This document shows, in pieces, positions 7,498-16,187 of a stretch of DNA of 20,775 nt. The stretch lies in NCBI GenBank assembly GCA_044359535.1, contig JBIKLZ010000021.1:1-20775 (forward strand), read 5' to 3'. This DNA comes from Chlamydiia bacterium (GTDB lineage Bacteria > Chlamydiota > Chlamydiia > Chlamydiales > 2-12-FULL-49-11). Below the pieces are notes generated by a model. It was not told the origin of the DNA. It did not search any database and saw nothing but the letters and a program-made list of their open reading frames with translations. The position numbers were made by a program, and so were the translations under genes. Numbering within the stretch: the first letter of the stretch is position 1; every line of letters begins with the position of its first letter.

Positions 7498-7965
7498 ATG
7501 TTTGAGGAGAAAGAGATGAATAAAGGGGGAGATCAGTGTCAGATGGCAAGTTCTGAAAAGGCTGTTTCAATTACTGAAGCTGCGCGGATCAACAATGTTA
7601 CAAGACAAGCTATTTATGTTGCGATTAAGCAAAGAAAGCTTCGCGCTTCTAAGGATGCGACTCGTTGGACAATTGATCTTAAGGATTTAGAAGAGTACAG
7701 AAGGAAAAAATACTCTAGAGCCAAATCGATGTTTGATGGGGAATTAGTTTTTGATAACCATAAGGGATATTTTTCAGTAAACCAAGTGGCAAAAATGCTT
7801 GGAGTGCCTCCACAAAAAATTTACTATGCAACACGAATTGGGTTGTTAAAGGCAATCAGAAAAGGGGCTGCGTGGGTAATTCATTCTGATGATGTGAAAA
7901 ACTATCAGTTGAACTATTTGAATAAAAGAACTGTAAATACTGAGACATCAAGTGAAGCGATGTAA
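7498..7965 (+). CDS. euo: EUO, chlamydial early-upstream-ORF transcriptional repressor of late genes (two excisionase-like HTH domains)
   Basis: VSITEAARINNVTRQAIYVAIKQRKLRA...W and second HTH SVNQVAKMLGVPPQKIYYATRIG...RKGAAWVI. SD GAGGAGG upstream. Convergent with recJ, as in other chlamydiae. Confidence 0.95.
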   Translation: MFEEKEMNKGGDQCQMASSEKAVSITEAARINNVTRQAIYVAIKQRKLRASKDATRWTIDLKDLEEYRRKKYSRAKSMFDGELVFDNHKGYFSVNQVAKMLGVPPQKIYYATRIGLLKAIRKGAAWVIHSDDVKNYQLNYLNKRTVNTETSSEAM

Positions 7966-7998
7966 TGTTTGCTGAAACGCACCTAAAAATAAATCAAT

Positions 7999-9771
7999 TT
8001 AATTTTGGGTGTGTTTCAGACCTGTTTCACTGTCTTCAATCACTATAAAATCTTTGATTTGTAGTTGGATAGAGGATTTGTTGAGGTAGATATTGATATG
8101 TGGAGTAAAAGCGATAAGGAGCTTTATGTTCTTTTTAAGGAGAGTGGGTTTTCGATTTGCCATATTGAAGCCAACCCCTTCTAAGTAGCGGTCTCCATCT
8201 TCTAAAGAGAATTTTAAATGATTTTTTCCCACAATTTTTGGGGCATGCACTTGATAGGCAGTGGCATATAAAGTCACATGGGGATTTTCCATCCCATAGG
8301 GTTCAAGAAGGTTTAAAGATTCTAGAAATTCAAAGGTTAAGTCTTTAAAGGAAATATGGGCATCAAGGTAGAGTTTTGGTTGAAGATCCTTTTCCTTTAG
8401 GTGTTTTTGAGCTGCTTTAATGAATCGCTCTTTTAAGAGGGGGATATTTTCCTCTTTGATGGTTAAGCCACAAGCGTAATCATGGCCTCCAAAATTGACT
8501 AATAAATCTTTATTTTCTTTTAAAATGTCAAGGACTGGAAACTCTGGAATGGTGCGTATTGACCCTTTTCCGATCCCATCTTTTATGGTGATAATAATAG
8601 TAGGTTTATTATAGAGCTTTGAAATCTTGGTTGCAAGGATTGCAATAATTCCGGAGTGCCATGTGTAAGAATGTAAAATGATCGCTTTTTCCCGAAGGAT
8701 GCCTGGGTTATCGGCAATGACTTTATCCAAATTTTCTGTATCTTTGCGTTCAATGCGCTGCCTTTTTTGGTTCATAAGATCCAAGTCTCTAGCAAGGGCT
8801 TCAGCTTCACCCATATCGCGAACCAAGAGCAAATTAACCCCTTTAATAGGGTTGTCAATTCTCCCTAGACTATTGAGTCTTGGGGCCACTTTTGAAGCAA
8901 TATCGGTGGTTGTAATGTCTTCTGGATCCACTTCAGAAACGTGGATAAGTTTTAAAAGGCCGATCCGTTGGGTCTTTTTCAATTGTTCAATCCCATATCG
9001 GACAAGGATTCTATTTTCGCCGGTTAAAGCACCCATATCAGAAATGGTTCCAAGGGCAACTAAATCTAGGTATCTTCTTAAATCAATAAGATCTGCTTGG
9101 ACTTCCCCTTTTCTTGCAAGCATATTCATCATCGCATGGGCAAACTTAAAAGCGACCCCAACCCCAGTTAAATCTTTATTAGAATAGTTGCTTCCCTTCA
9201 ATTTTGGATTTAAAGTGGCTACACAGTGGGGGATTCTATCGGTAGGTTCGTGGTGATCTGTAATGATCACATCAATACCAAGCTTTGTCAGTTCCTCAAT
9301 TTCATTTGCGGCAGTAATTCCGCAGTCTACAGTGATTAAAAGTTTACACTCATTTTCTTTTGCATAGTCTAAAGAATCTAAAATGGTATTTCCTCGATCA
9401 GAGGTTCTAGAAACAATATAAAAATAAACCCTTGCCCCTAAAGCGCGTAAAAAATCGACAAGAAGAGTTGTCCCTGTAATGCCGTCAACGTCGTTATCAC
9501 CAAAAATCAAGATACTTTCATTTTTTTTCAGAGCATTATAGAGGCGATCTGTCGCTTTATCAATTTCACTTAACTTTTCAGGGGGGATAAGATGGGGTAG
9601 TTTTGAATAGAGAAATTTATGCACATCGGTCTTTTTTGTGAATTTCCTAGAGACTAAAACCTGCGCAGTTGCTGGATGGATATGAAATTCAGAAATAAAA
9701 TAATCAATTAGAGGCTGGTTTTCTATCGGATAAACCCAAACTAGATTCGATGGAGACTGTTTATATTGCAT
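7999..9771 (-). CDS. recJ: Single-stranded-DNA-specific exonuclease RecJ
   Basis: DHH-family motifs GDNDVDG, ITVDCG, ITDHH, LVALGTISD, APRLNSLGR, DHHA1 GKGSIR and FGGH, and LEPYGMENP. Confidence 0.97.
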   Translation of the reverse strand: MQYKQSPSNLVWVYPIENQPLIDYFISEFHIHPATAQVLVSRKFTKKTDVHKFLYSKLPHLIPPEKLSEIDKATDRLYNALKKNESILIFGDNDVDGITGTTLLVDFLRALGARVYFYIVSRTSDRGNTILDSLDYAKENECKLLITVDCGITAANEIEELTKLGIDVIITDHHEPTDRIPHCVATLNPKLKGSNYSNKDLTGVGVAFKFAHAMMNMLARKGEVQADLIDLRRYLDLVALGTISDMGALTGENRILVRYGIEQLKKTQRIGLLKLIHVSEVDPEDITTTDIASKVAPRLNSLGRIDNPIKGVNLLLVRDMGEAEALARDLDLMNQKRQRIERKDTENLDKVIADNPGILREKAIILHSYTWHSGIIAILATKISKLYNKPTIIITIKDGIGKGSIRTIPEFPVLDILKENKDLLVNFGGHDYACGLTIKEENIPLLKERFIKAAQKHLKEKDLQPKLYLDAHISFKDLTFEFLESLNLLEPYGMENPHVTLYATAYQVHAPKIVGKNHLKFSLEDGDRYLEGVGFNMANRKPTLLKKNIKLLIAFTPHINIYLNKSSIQLQIKDFIVIEDSETGLKHTQN

Positions 9772-9846
9772 GGGATCTACTTTTTTTTGAATGATACTTT
9801 ATTGGAATAAAAATATCAAGGAATGAAGGGTTTTAAAATAGTTTCT

Positions 9847-9891
9847 TCCATTAGATCTTTTTAAAATGTGATTTTGAAAAAGATCTATGGA
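9847..9891 (-). terminator. Long stem-loop directly after the secDF stop (terminator or mRNA-stabilising hairpin)
   Basis: TCCA-t-TAGATCTTTTT-AAAAT-gtg-ATTTT-g-AAAAAGATCTA-TGGA: about 20 paired bases with two 1-nt bulges, 3 nt past the stop. No adjacent U-tract, so termination is uncertain. Confidence 0.5.
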
Positions 9892-9894
9892 TAT

Positions 9895-12800
9895 TTATGA
9901 GGGAAAGGACACTATGGAGGCAGATGGGATTTTTTTTGTCTCTTTTCTTTTGAAAAAATAAAGGAATGTGCTTGCAAGGAAGAGACTTGATATAGTTCCA
10001 ACAATTACCCCTATCATCATTAAAAAGGAGAAGTTAAAAATGGATTTTCCTCCAAGAACAACAAGAGATAATAAGACTACAAGGGTTGTCAAAGAGGTCA
10101 TCATCGTCCTTGAAAGGGTTTTGTTTAAAGAAAGGTTAATCACTTCCATAAGATCTAGCCGAGAAGATCTTTTTAATTCATCTCTTATTCTATCAAAAAC
10201 AATGATTGTATCATTTAGGGAATAGCCAATGATAGTCATAAGGGCAGCAATAGTGTTTAAGTCTATAGTTAAAGGAAGACCTAAAGCTTTGCAAATACCT
10301 AAGAAGGCAAGAGTTAAAAGGAGATCAAAAGCAAGACCAATTGTAGCGCTGAGTGCATAGCTAAACTCAAATCGTACGGTGAGGTAGATTAAAATCGAGA
10401 GCATAGCAAGGCCAATACCTAATAATGCATTGTTTCTCATTGTGTGAGACATCTGGCCACTGATAGAAGAGAAATTTTTATCTACTGACTCTAATGATTT
10501 AGGGGTTAGGGTAACACCTGATTTTTCTAAAATGGAGACAAGGGCAGAAAGTTTTGGGTTTTTTTCATAGGGATAGGTGATCTCATTTCTAAGAGAGGGT
10601 TGCTGAAGATGTGCAAAAGGTCTCCCTGGAAGGGTTAAAGCATTGCTTAAATAGACTTTTAAAACATAGGGATTGTTTAGTTCTCTAATAGAAAATTCTG
10701 TTGGAGAAATTCCATGAGAAATAAAGGCTTGTTCAACATCCAACTTAGGTTGGGAGCCCTCTTTATGAGCAAGCTCAAGGGTGACTGTCATTCCCCCAGT
10801 AAAGTCCATTCCAAAAAGAGTTCCCTTTTGTTTATAGAGCATTACCCCACCAATAAGGATGGTTGAGGTGGCAATAAATGTGGCAATTTGGCCATATTTC
10901 AAAAATGGAAAGGAAGTATCGGGGAAAAGATTGGCCATTTTTAACGTTTGTTTTTTCCCTTTTTTCAACCAGAAGTTGAAAAATGTCCTTGTCATGTATA
11001 ACGCTGTGAACATAGACGAGGTGATCCCGATAATTAAAGTGAGAGCAAACCCTTTTACAGGCCCTGCATCAAAATTTAAGAGGATTAAAGCGGCAATAAT
11101 AGTTGTGATGTTAGAATCAAAAATAGCGGAAAAGGCTTTTGAGTAGCCATTTGTAAGGGCGTTAGCAATTGAAGAATGTTTTTCATTTTCTTCACGAACC
11201 CGTTCAAAAATAAGGACGTTTGCATCAACTGCCATCCCTATTGTTAAAATGATACCGGCAATTCCAGCAAGGGTTAAAGAAGCCCCAAGGTTTTGTAAAG
11301 TTGCCCAAATGATGAGGATATTGAAAACCACCGCGATGGATGCAATAAAACCTGCAAAGCGGTAGTAACCAATCATGATGGCAATCACAGCAAAAAAGGC
11401 AATGACGGTAGCCATGATCCCTTGAGCCCTTTCTTTGGCCCCAAGTTCGGGACTGATGGTTGTTTCGGAGATAATTTCAGGGGTATAGGTTAATGAGCCC
11501 GCCCTTAAATCGGCAGCAAGTCTTGAAACCTCTTTCTGAGTAAAGGATCCAGAAATTCTCCCACCGTCTTTTAAGGCGTCCTGCAAACGGGGCATGCTAA
11601 TAATTTTTCCATTTAAAACTGCAGAAAGTCTCCACCCATTTCCATGGGTTACTTTTGAATACTTTGAATCCTTCATTTGAGATGTAGAAAATACCGATGT
11701 CCAATTGTAGAGAATATCCCTTGGATTTAAACCCTCTTCACCCTTTTTTGAGTCAACACTAAAGGAGAGGTAATTTCCCGTATTTGGGTCATAACCTGAA
11801 TGGATATCTTTTAGCCAAGAACCCTCAAGAGCGTAGTTGTTAAAAAGGACGATCAATGGATTTGTCATCCCGTTCCAATCTTCAAAGCTGTCTCCTTCAA
11901 GGACCCCAATTTTTGAAAAGGTGTCGTCTAAAGCAAAAGTCATGTTTGGGTCAGTAGGGTTTGCAAGTTGTAAGCCATAGTCTAATAAAGACTTTTCTGC
12001 ATCGCCTCTTGGAAAAGGGTGGAGAGGATCAAGATGTTCTCCATAAAGACGGGTAAAAGCGATCTCATTGATACTTTTTTCATCTGTTTTTCCAGTGACT
12101 AAAGCTTCATTCCATACCTCTTGCAAAAAGCGTGCAAGGGGATGTGCAATGTCGGAATTATAGATTGAAAAAGTTTCGTTAACCACATGGAAGGTCATAG
12201 AAGAGGCTGTGATAAGCTCACTTGCGGAAAGGGTTTGGGTGGATGGAAAATCTAAAGTAATAAACGACCCCTCTTTTCGAATGGTTACGTCTGAAACACC
12301 CATTTTATTGACTCGGTTGTAAAGTTCGTTCACCCCTTGATTGAGATCTTCTTCACTTGTAACGGGTTTGTTTTGCTTATCTTTTAAAGCAACTCTAACA
12401 GTTGTCCCCCCGTTTAAATCTAATCCCCAATGAAGAATCTTTTTTTCATCCCCCCTAAAATATTTAGCTGTAGAGAGGGCAAGGTTTGAAAGTAAAGGGC
12501 TTTTTGTCGGAGGAGGGATGAGTAAATGCCCCTCAGCGTTTGGATTGAAGGAGGATTTATTGTACTCATCTTGCCATTTTAATAGTTCCGCATGTTGAGC
12601 GGTTTCAATGGCATTGAGAGTTAAAATCCTTTGCTTAAGATCAGAAAATTCTAAAGTAGCATACTTTGAAGAGGGGCTCACCTTCCATTGTTCTCTTGTT
12701 GCATCAAGAAGGGGCTTGTAGTAGTCTGAAATTTTGAAAATGTAGTCATCTTTAAACTCTTGAGGGAAAGGAAAACTTGAACCTTCATAGACACGACCTC

Positions 12801-14442
12801 CAAACTGACGGAGGATACGATCTAAAGAGGACAAGTCTTTCGCTAAAGAGTCTTTCTCATCTAGATTTTCTTTAGCAAGAGACGCTTTATTTAATGAAAG
12901 TAGGTTTTTACCGATAAGATAGATAGAGTCATTTTCAAAACCGGCTAGTGAGGACTCTTTGTCGAGAATGGGGGCATAAAAAGCAAGGCAGTGGTCTTTA
13001 GATGTATCAGATAATGTTTTGTACTCTTCCCAATCGACAATGGTGTAGGTATCTGGACTAAGTTCTTGAGAATTTCTTTGCCAGTAGGTGTTTAATACAC
13101 TTTTTAGTGAAGCCATCTTCTTTTCGGCAACAGTTCTTAAATCCAATGTTAAAAGGGATTTAGCATCGGGAAGAGAGGACAAGTAAAGGGTGAATAGGGG
13201 TCCGTTTCTTTCAATCTCGTAAGGGGAACTTCTTTGCACTTTAGCCATCTCATCAAAAATCAGTTGAGAGAGTTTTTTTTGCTCAGTGGGCTCTTTAGAA
13301 TCGAGGTAAGAAATAAACTCATCGGAAAGTTCAAAAGAAAGGGATTTGTCATCGTAATTGATATAAAGACTTGAAATGAGGGGGTTGTAGGCTTTTGTTG
13401 AAAGGGTAAAGTACTTTTTGCCTTCAATTTTATTGTTTTTTAGCTCTGAAAAATAAAGATCGGAAGAGGGAGCTTTTGAAGAGGTCAATACCCCTTTTTT
13501 ATTTTGAAGAAGGGCAATGGCTGATAAAAGTTTTTCCTCTTGTTCTTTTAAAGTGGCAAGGAGAGAGTTTTCTTTAAGATCAAGAACTGCTTCATCACTA
13601 CTATCCTTTTTCATTTTCTCGATCAGTTCAATTTTTTCTTTTTGAAGCAGATCTTTAGTCGCTTGAAAGCCTTGTAGACAATGGTCGTAAAGAACTGTCG
13701 GTGCATATCTTGAAGAGCGAAAAACAGAGGCATAAAATTGGTTTTGTAGAGTGCTTTTGTTTTGAAAAAGGGATTTGTATTGTAAGAGTGCATCGGCAAC
13801 AGCAATAAAGTAAGGAATCTTATATCCAATATATTGTGAACCTATAGTTTGTTCAAGAGTTGAAGCTGTAGTTGAAGAAGAGGTGATAAGAGAAGAAATT
13901 TCTAGCACTTTATCATCTAAAATATCTCTATATTCTGAACTGATTGCCCCTTTTTCATTAAACATGGGGATAAAAGAAAAATAGCTGTCTAAGGCTGTGT
14001 TGTCAAAATGGAGGGGGATTTCTCTTTTTAAGATGACCGATTTTTGCCCAAGATCTTGTGCTCCAATGTCTAAAGGGAGAATCCTTTTTGGGAAAAAGGG
14101 AATTAAATTTCCAGCTTTAACCATGTGGGATGAAAAATCTGCGGCCATGGATTCATTGGGAAATAAGACCTCTATAAGAGCGGGGGTTTTTTGATTTAAA
14201 GAAATCTTTTCAGGGTGAATTTTAAGAAGTTTACAATAGGATTTAACCCAATCAAGAGTTTCATTTTCTAAAGAGTTGACACGAGTTGTCATTTGTAAGG
14301 CAATCTCTTTAGAAGCCTGCGTTGTCACTGCCCCTTTTAAATTCTTGCTGTAGAAGAAGATTGTAGGGAGGATATTATAAAGAGTAAGAGCAGATACAGC
14401 TAAAATGACGCATAGGGCTTTTCTTTTTTGTTGGGCTTTCAT
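9895..14442 (-). CDS. secDF: Fused protein translocase subunit SecDF with large chlamydial N-terminal extension (~1515 aa)
   Basis: SecD motifs WGLDLNGG, LTLAGIAGIILTIGMAVDANVLIFER and AFSAIFDSNITT; SecF motifs FGMDFTGG and IGYSLNDTIIVFDRIR. ATG 14442 has SD AAGGAA 9 nt upstream. Confidence 0.96.
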   Translation of the reverse strand: MKAQQKRKALCVILAVSALTLYNILPTIFFYSKNLKGAVTTQASKEIALQMTTRVNSLENETLDWVKSYCKLLKIHPEKISLNQKTPALIEVLFPNESMAADFSSHMVKAGNLIPFFPKRILPLDIGAQDLGQKSVILKREIPLHFDNTALDSYFSFIPMFNEKGAISSEYRDILDDKVLEISSLITSSSTTASTLEQTIGSQYIGYKIPYFIAVADALLQYKSLFQNKSTLQNQFYASVFRSSRYAPTVLYDHCLQGFQATKDLLQKEKIELIEKMKKDSSDEAVLDLKENSLLATLKEQEEKLLSAIALLQNKKGVLTSSKAPSSDLYFSELKNNKIEGKKYFTLSTKAYNPLISSLYINYDDKSLSFELSDEFISYLDSKEPTEQKKLSQLIFDEMAKVQRSSPYEIERNGPLFTLYLSSLPDAKSLLTLDLRTVAEKKMASLKSVLNTYWQRNSQELSPDTYTIVDWEEYKTLSDTSKDHCLAFYAPILDKESSLAGFENDSIYLIGKNLLSLNKASLAKENLDEKDSLAKDLSSLDRILRQFGGRVYEGSSFPFPQEFKDDYIFKISDYYKPLLDATREQWKVSPSSKYATLEFSDLKQRILTLNAIETAQHAELLKWQDEYNKSSFNPNAEGHLLIPPPTKSPLLSNLALSTAKYFRGDEKKILHWGLDLNGGTTVRVALKDKQNKPVTSEEDLNQGVNELYNRVNKMGVSDVTIRKEGSFITLDFPSTQTLSASELITASSMTFHVVNETFSIYNSDIAHPLARFLQEVWNEALVTGKTDEKSINEIAFTRLYGEHLDPLHPFPRGDAEKSLLDYGLQLANPTDPNMTFALDDTFSKIGVLEGDSFEDWNGMTNPLIVLFNNYALEGSWLKDIHSGYDPNTGNYLSFSVDSKKGEEGLNPRDILYNWTSVFSTSQMKDSKYSKVTHGNGWRLSAVLNGKIISMPRLQDALKDGGRISGSFTQKEVSRLAADLRAGSLTYTPEIISETTISPELGAKERAQGIMATVIAFFAVIAIMIGYYRFAGFIASIAVVFNILIIWATLQNLGASLTLAGIAGIILTIGMAVDANVLIFERVREENEKHSSIANALTNGYSKAFSAIFDSNITTIIAALILLNFDAGPVKGFALTLIIGITSSMFTALYMTRTFFNFWLKKGKKQTLKMANLFPDTSFPFLKYGQIATFIATSTILIGGVMLYKQKGTLFGMDFTGGMTVTLELAHKEGSQPKLDVEQAFISHGISPTEFSIRELNNPYVLKVYLSNALTLPGRPFAHLQQPSLRNEITYPYEKNPKLSALVSILEKSGVTLTPKSLESVDKNFSSISGQMSHTMRNNALLGIGLAMLSILIYLTVRFEFSYALSATIGLAFDLLLTLAFLGICKALGLPLTIDLNTIAALMTIIGYSLNDTIIVFDRIRDELKRSSRLDLMEVINLSLNKTLSRTMMTSLTTLVVLLSLVVLGGKSIFNFSFLMMIGVIVGTISSLFLASTFLYFFKRKETKKIPSASIVSFPS

Positions 14443-14478
14443 GGTAAGGATTTCCTTCAAAAGAATTGTGAAAGAAAG

Positions 14479-14507
14479 AGTTTATTCGATTTACCCTCAA
14501 TTGTCAA
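14479..14507 (-). promoter_or_regulatory. Candidate sigma66 promoter of secDF
   Basis: Minus strand TTGACA (14507-14502), 17 nt spacer, TAAACT (14484-14479). Confidence 0.7.
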
Positions 14508-14577
14508 TAGTTCTAAAATATTCTAGTCAAGAATTTCTCCTCTTGCTATTCTCAAAAGATCTTTTTCGAGGGCTATA

Positions 14578-15312
14578 ATGTTACAATCTCCATCTATAAG
14601 GAATTCAGCGCGGAAAAACCCTATCCCTCGACATATTGCAATGATTATGGATGGAAATCGAAGGTATGCTCAAAGGGAAAACATCCCCATTCAAGAGGGG
14701 CATATAGCTGGGGCTGAAAATCTATTGAAAATCACTCAGGCTGCTGTAGAAATTGGGGTAGAGATCTTAACAGTCTATGCTTTTTCTACAGAAAATTGGC
14801 TACGAAGTGAAAGAGAAATTCAGTCTCTTTTCTATATTTTTGAGCTCTATTTGAAAAAAATGCGCCCTGCGCTTATCGAAAATGGGATTAAATTGTCCAC
14901 TATCGGCAACATCGCTGCCTTTCCGACCTCTTTAAGAACGATCCTTTATGAAGTAAAGGAGGCGACAAGGGGGGGCAAGGGATTGGAACTTGTCCTTGCA
15001 GTCAATTATGGGGGAAGAGATGATCTTAGGCATTGCATGGTTGCCCTAGCAAAAAATGTCCAAAGTGGAAGGCTAGATCCAGAAGATATTACTGAAGAGA
15101 TGATTGGTTCAAATTTATACACCTCTTTATGGCCTGATCCAGAACTATTAATTAGAACAAGTGGGGAAAAAAGATTGAGTAACTTTCTTTTATGGCAAAT
15201 TTCTTATACAGAAATTATCTTAGAAAAGATGTTATGGCCTGACTTTTCTGTGGAAGATTTTAAAGGGGCAATAGGAGAGTATCAATCTAGATCTAAAAGG
15301 ATGGGGGGGTAA
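14578..15312 (+). CDS. uppS: Isoprenyl transferase / undecaprenyl diphosphate synthase
   Basis: PRHIAMIMDGNRRYA, YAFSTENW, AVNYGGR and LLIRTSGEKRLSNFLLWQ. Confidence 0.97.
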   Translation: MLQSPSIRNSARKNPIPRHIAMIMDGNRRYAQRENIPIQEGHIAGAENLLKITQAAVEIGVEILTVYAFSTENWLRSEREIQSLFYIFELYLKKMRPALIENGIKLSTIGNIAAFPTSLRTILYEVKEATRGGKGLELVLAVNYGGRDDLRHCMVALAKNVQSGRLDPEDITEEMIGSNLYTSLWPDPELLIRTSGEKRLSNFLLWQISYTEIILEKMLWPDFSVEDFKGAIGEYQSRSKRMGG

Positions 15313-15316
15313 CAAG

Positions 15317-16183
15317 ATGAAGGGTGCGTTTAAAGATTTAAAAGCCCGATTTTTTGCATATGCTATTGAAGTGAGTCTCTTATCTCTTGTTGTCTATTTT
15401 TCTCAAATTGAATGGATGAAGGTGGTTGTGATGCTTTGTGTCATGGGTTTTGGCCTTGCTGCCATTTGGGAGTATGTAGAATTTTTAAAAACAAAGTCTT
15501 TAATCCTTCCCTATAAACTTTTAGCTCTATTTACCGCCCTGTTGATTTTTGCTAACTATCTACAAATTTTAAACTATGCCGTAGCTGGGTTAACACAAAT
15601 GATGCTCGGCCTATTTCTCTTTGCGATTTTTATCTACTATTTTTCTAAGGTGGATGAGGCAATTGTCCATATTGCCACAAGTTTTTTTGGGATAGTCTAC
15701 ATCCTTATCCCTTTAACGCTTATGCTTAGAATTTTATATCCAGAGTCGTTTGCAGTGGGGGATTTAAACGGACGGCTTTGGCTCACTTATTTGATTTTAG
15801 TGACAAAGTGTACAGACATGGGGGGGTATTTTTTAGGAAAAACGTTTGGAAAAAGTAAACTTGCGCCAAAAATTAGTCCTCAAAAAACAAGGGTAGGTTC
15901 TATTGGGGGTTTTTTATTTGCAGTTGGAATAAGTGTTCTTTTTTCTTTTGCGTTTAGCTTTTTTCCAGAGTTTGGATTTCAATTAAGTCTTTCCTATGCT
16001 ATCCTTCTTGGAGCAGCCATTGGGATCTTTGGTCAGATAGGGGATTTAGCAGAATCCTTGTTGAAAAGGGATGCAAAGGTAAAGGATAGTAATTCTATTC
16101 CGGGTGTTGGGGGGGTCCTTGACAATCTTGACTCTTTACTATTTACTGCACCGATAGTATATGTGTTTATAAAAAATATGTGA
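15317..16183 (+). CDS. cdsA: Phosphatidate cytidylyltransferase
   Basis: Polytopic membrane protein with DMGGYFLGKTFG, KLAPKISPQKT and GDLAESLLKRDAKVKDS...GGVLD. Follows uppS. Confidence 0.96.
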   Translation: MKGAFKDLKARFFAYAIEVSLLSLVVYFSQIEWMKVVVMLCVMGFGLAAIWEYVEFLKTKSLILPYKLLALFTALLIFANYLQILNYAVAGLTQMMLGLFLFAIFIYYFSKVDEAIVHIATSFFGIVYILIPLTLMLRILYPESFAVGDLNGRLWLTYLILVTKCTDMGGYFLGKTFGKSKLAPKISPQKTRVGSIGGFLFAVGISVLFSFAFSFFPEFGFQLSLSYAILLGAAIGIFGQIGDLAESLLKRDAKVKDSNSIPGVGGVLDNLDSLLFTAPIVYVFIKNM

Positions 16184-16187
16184 TTGA

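Noticed and set aside
7498-7965. Excisionase-like HTH domains suggesting a prophage or integrative element
   Set aside because: Sequence and context identify EUO. No integrase, att site or phage gene is nearby.
8678-9187. 169-aa antisense ORF inside recJ, and the other short overlapping ORFs (2789, 2949, 5868, 6237, 9968, 10859, 13623, 13997, 16532, 17950, 18950, 19410, 19808, 20313)
   Set aside because: All lie within or almost wholly within well-supported conserved genes and show no recognisable motifs. They are shadow ORFs.
14574-14579. Perfect TATAAT at the uppS start
   Set aside because: It overlaps the ATG at 14578 and has no properly spaced -35, so it cannot be supported as the uppS promoter.
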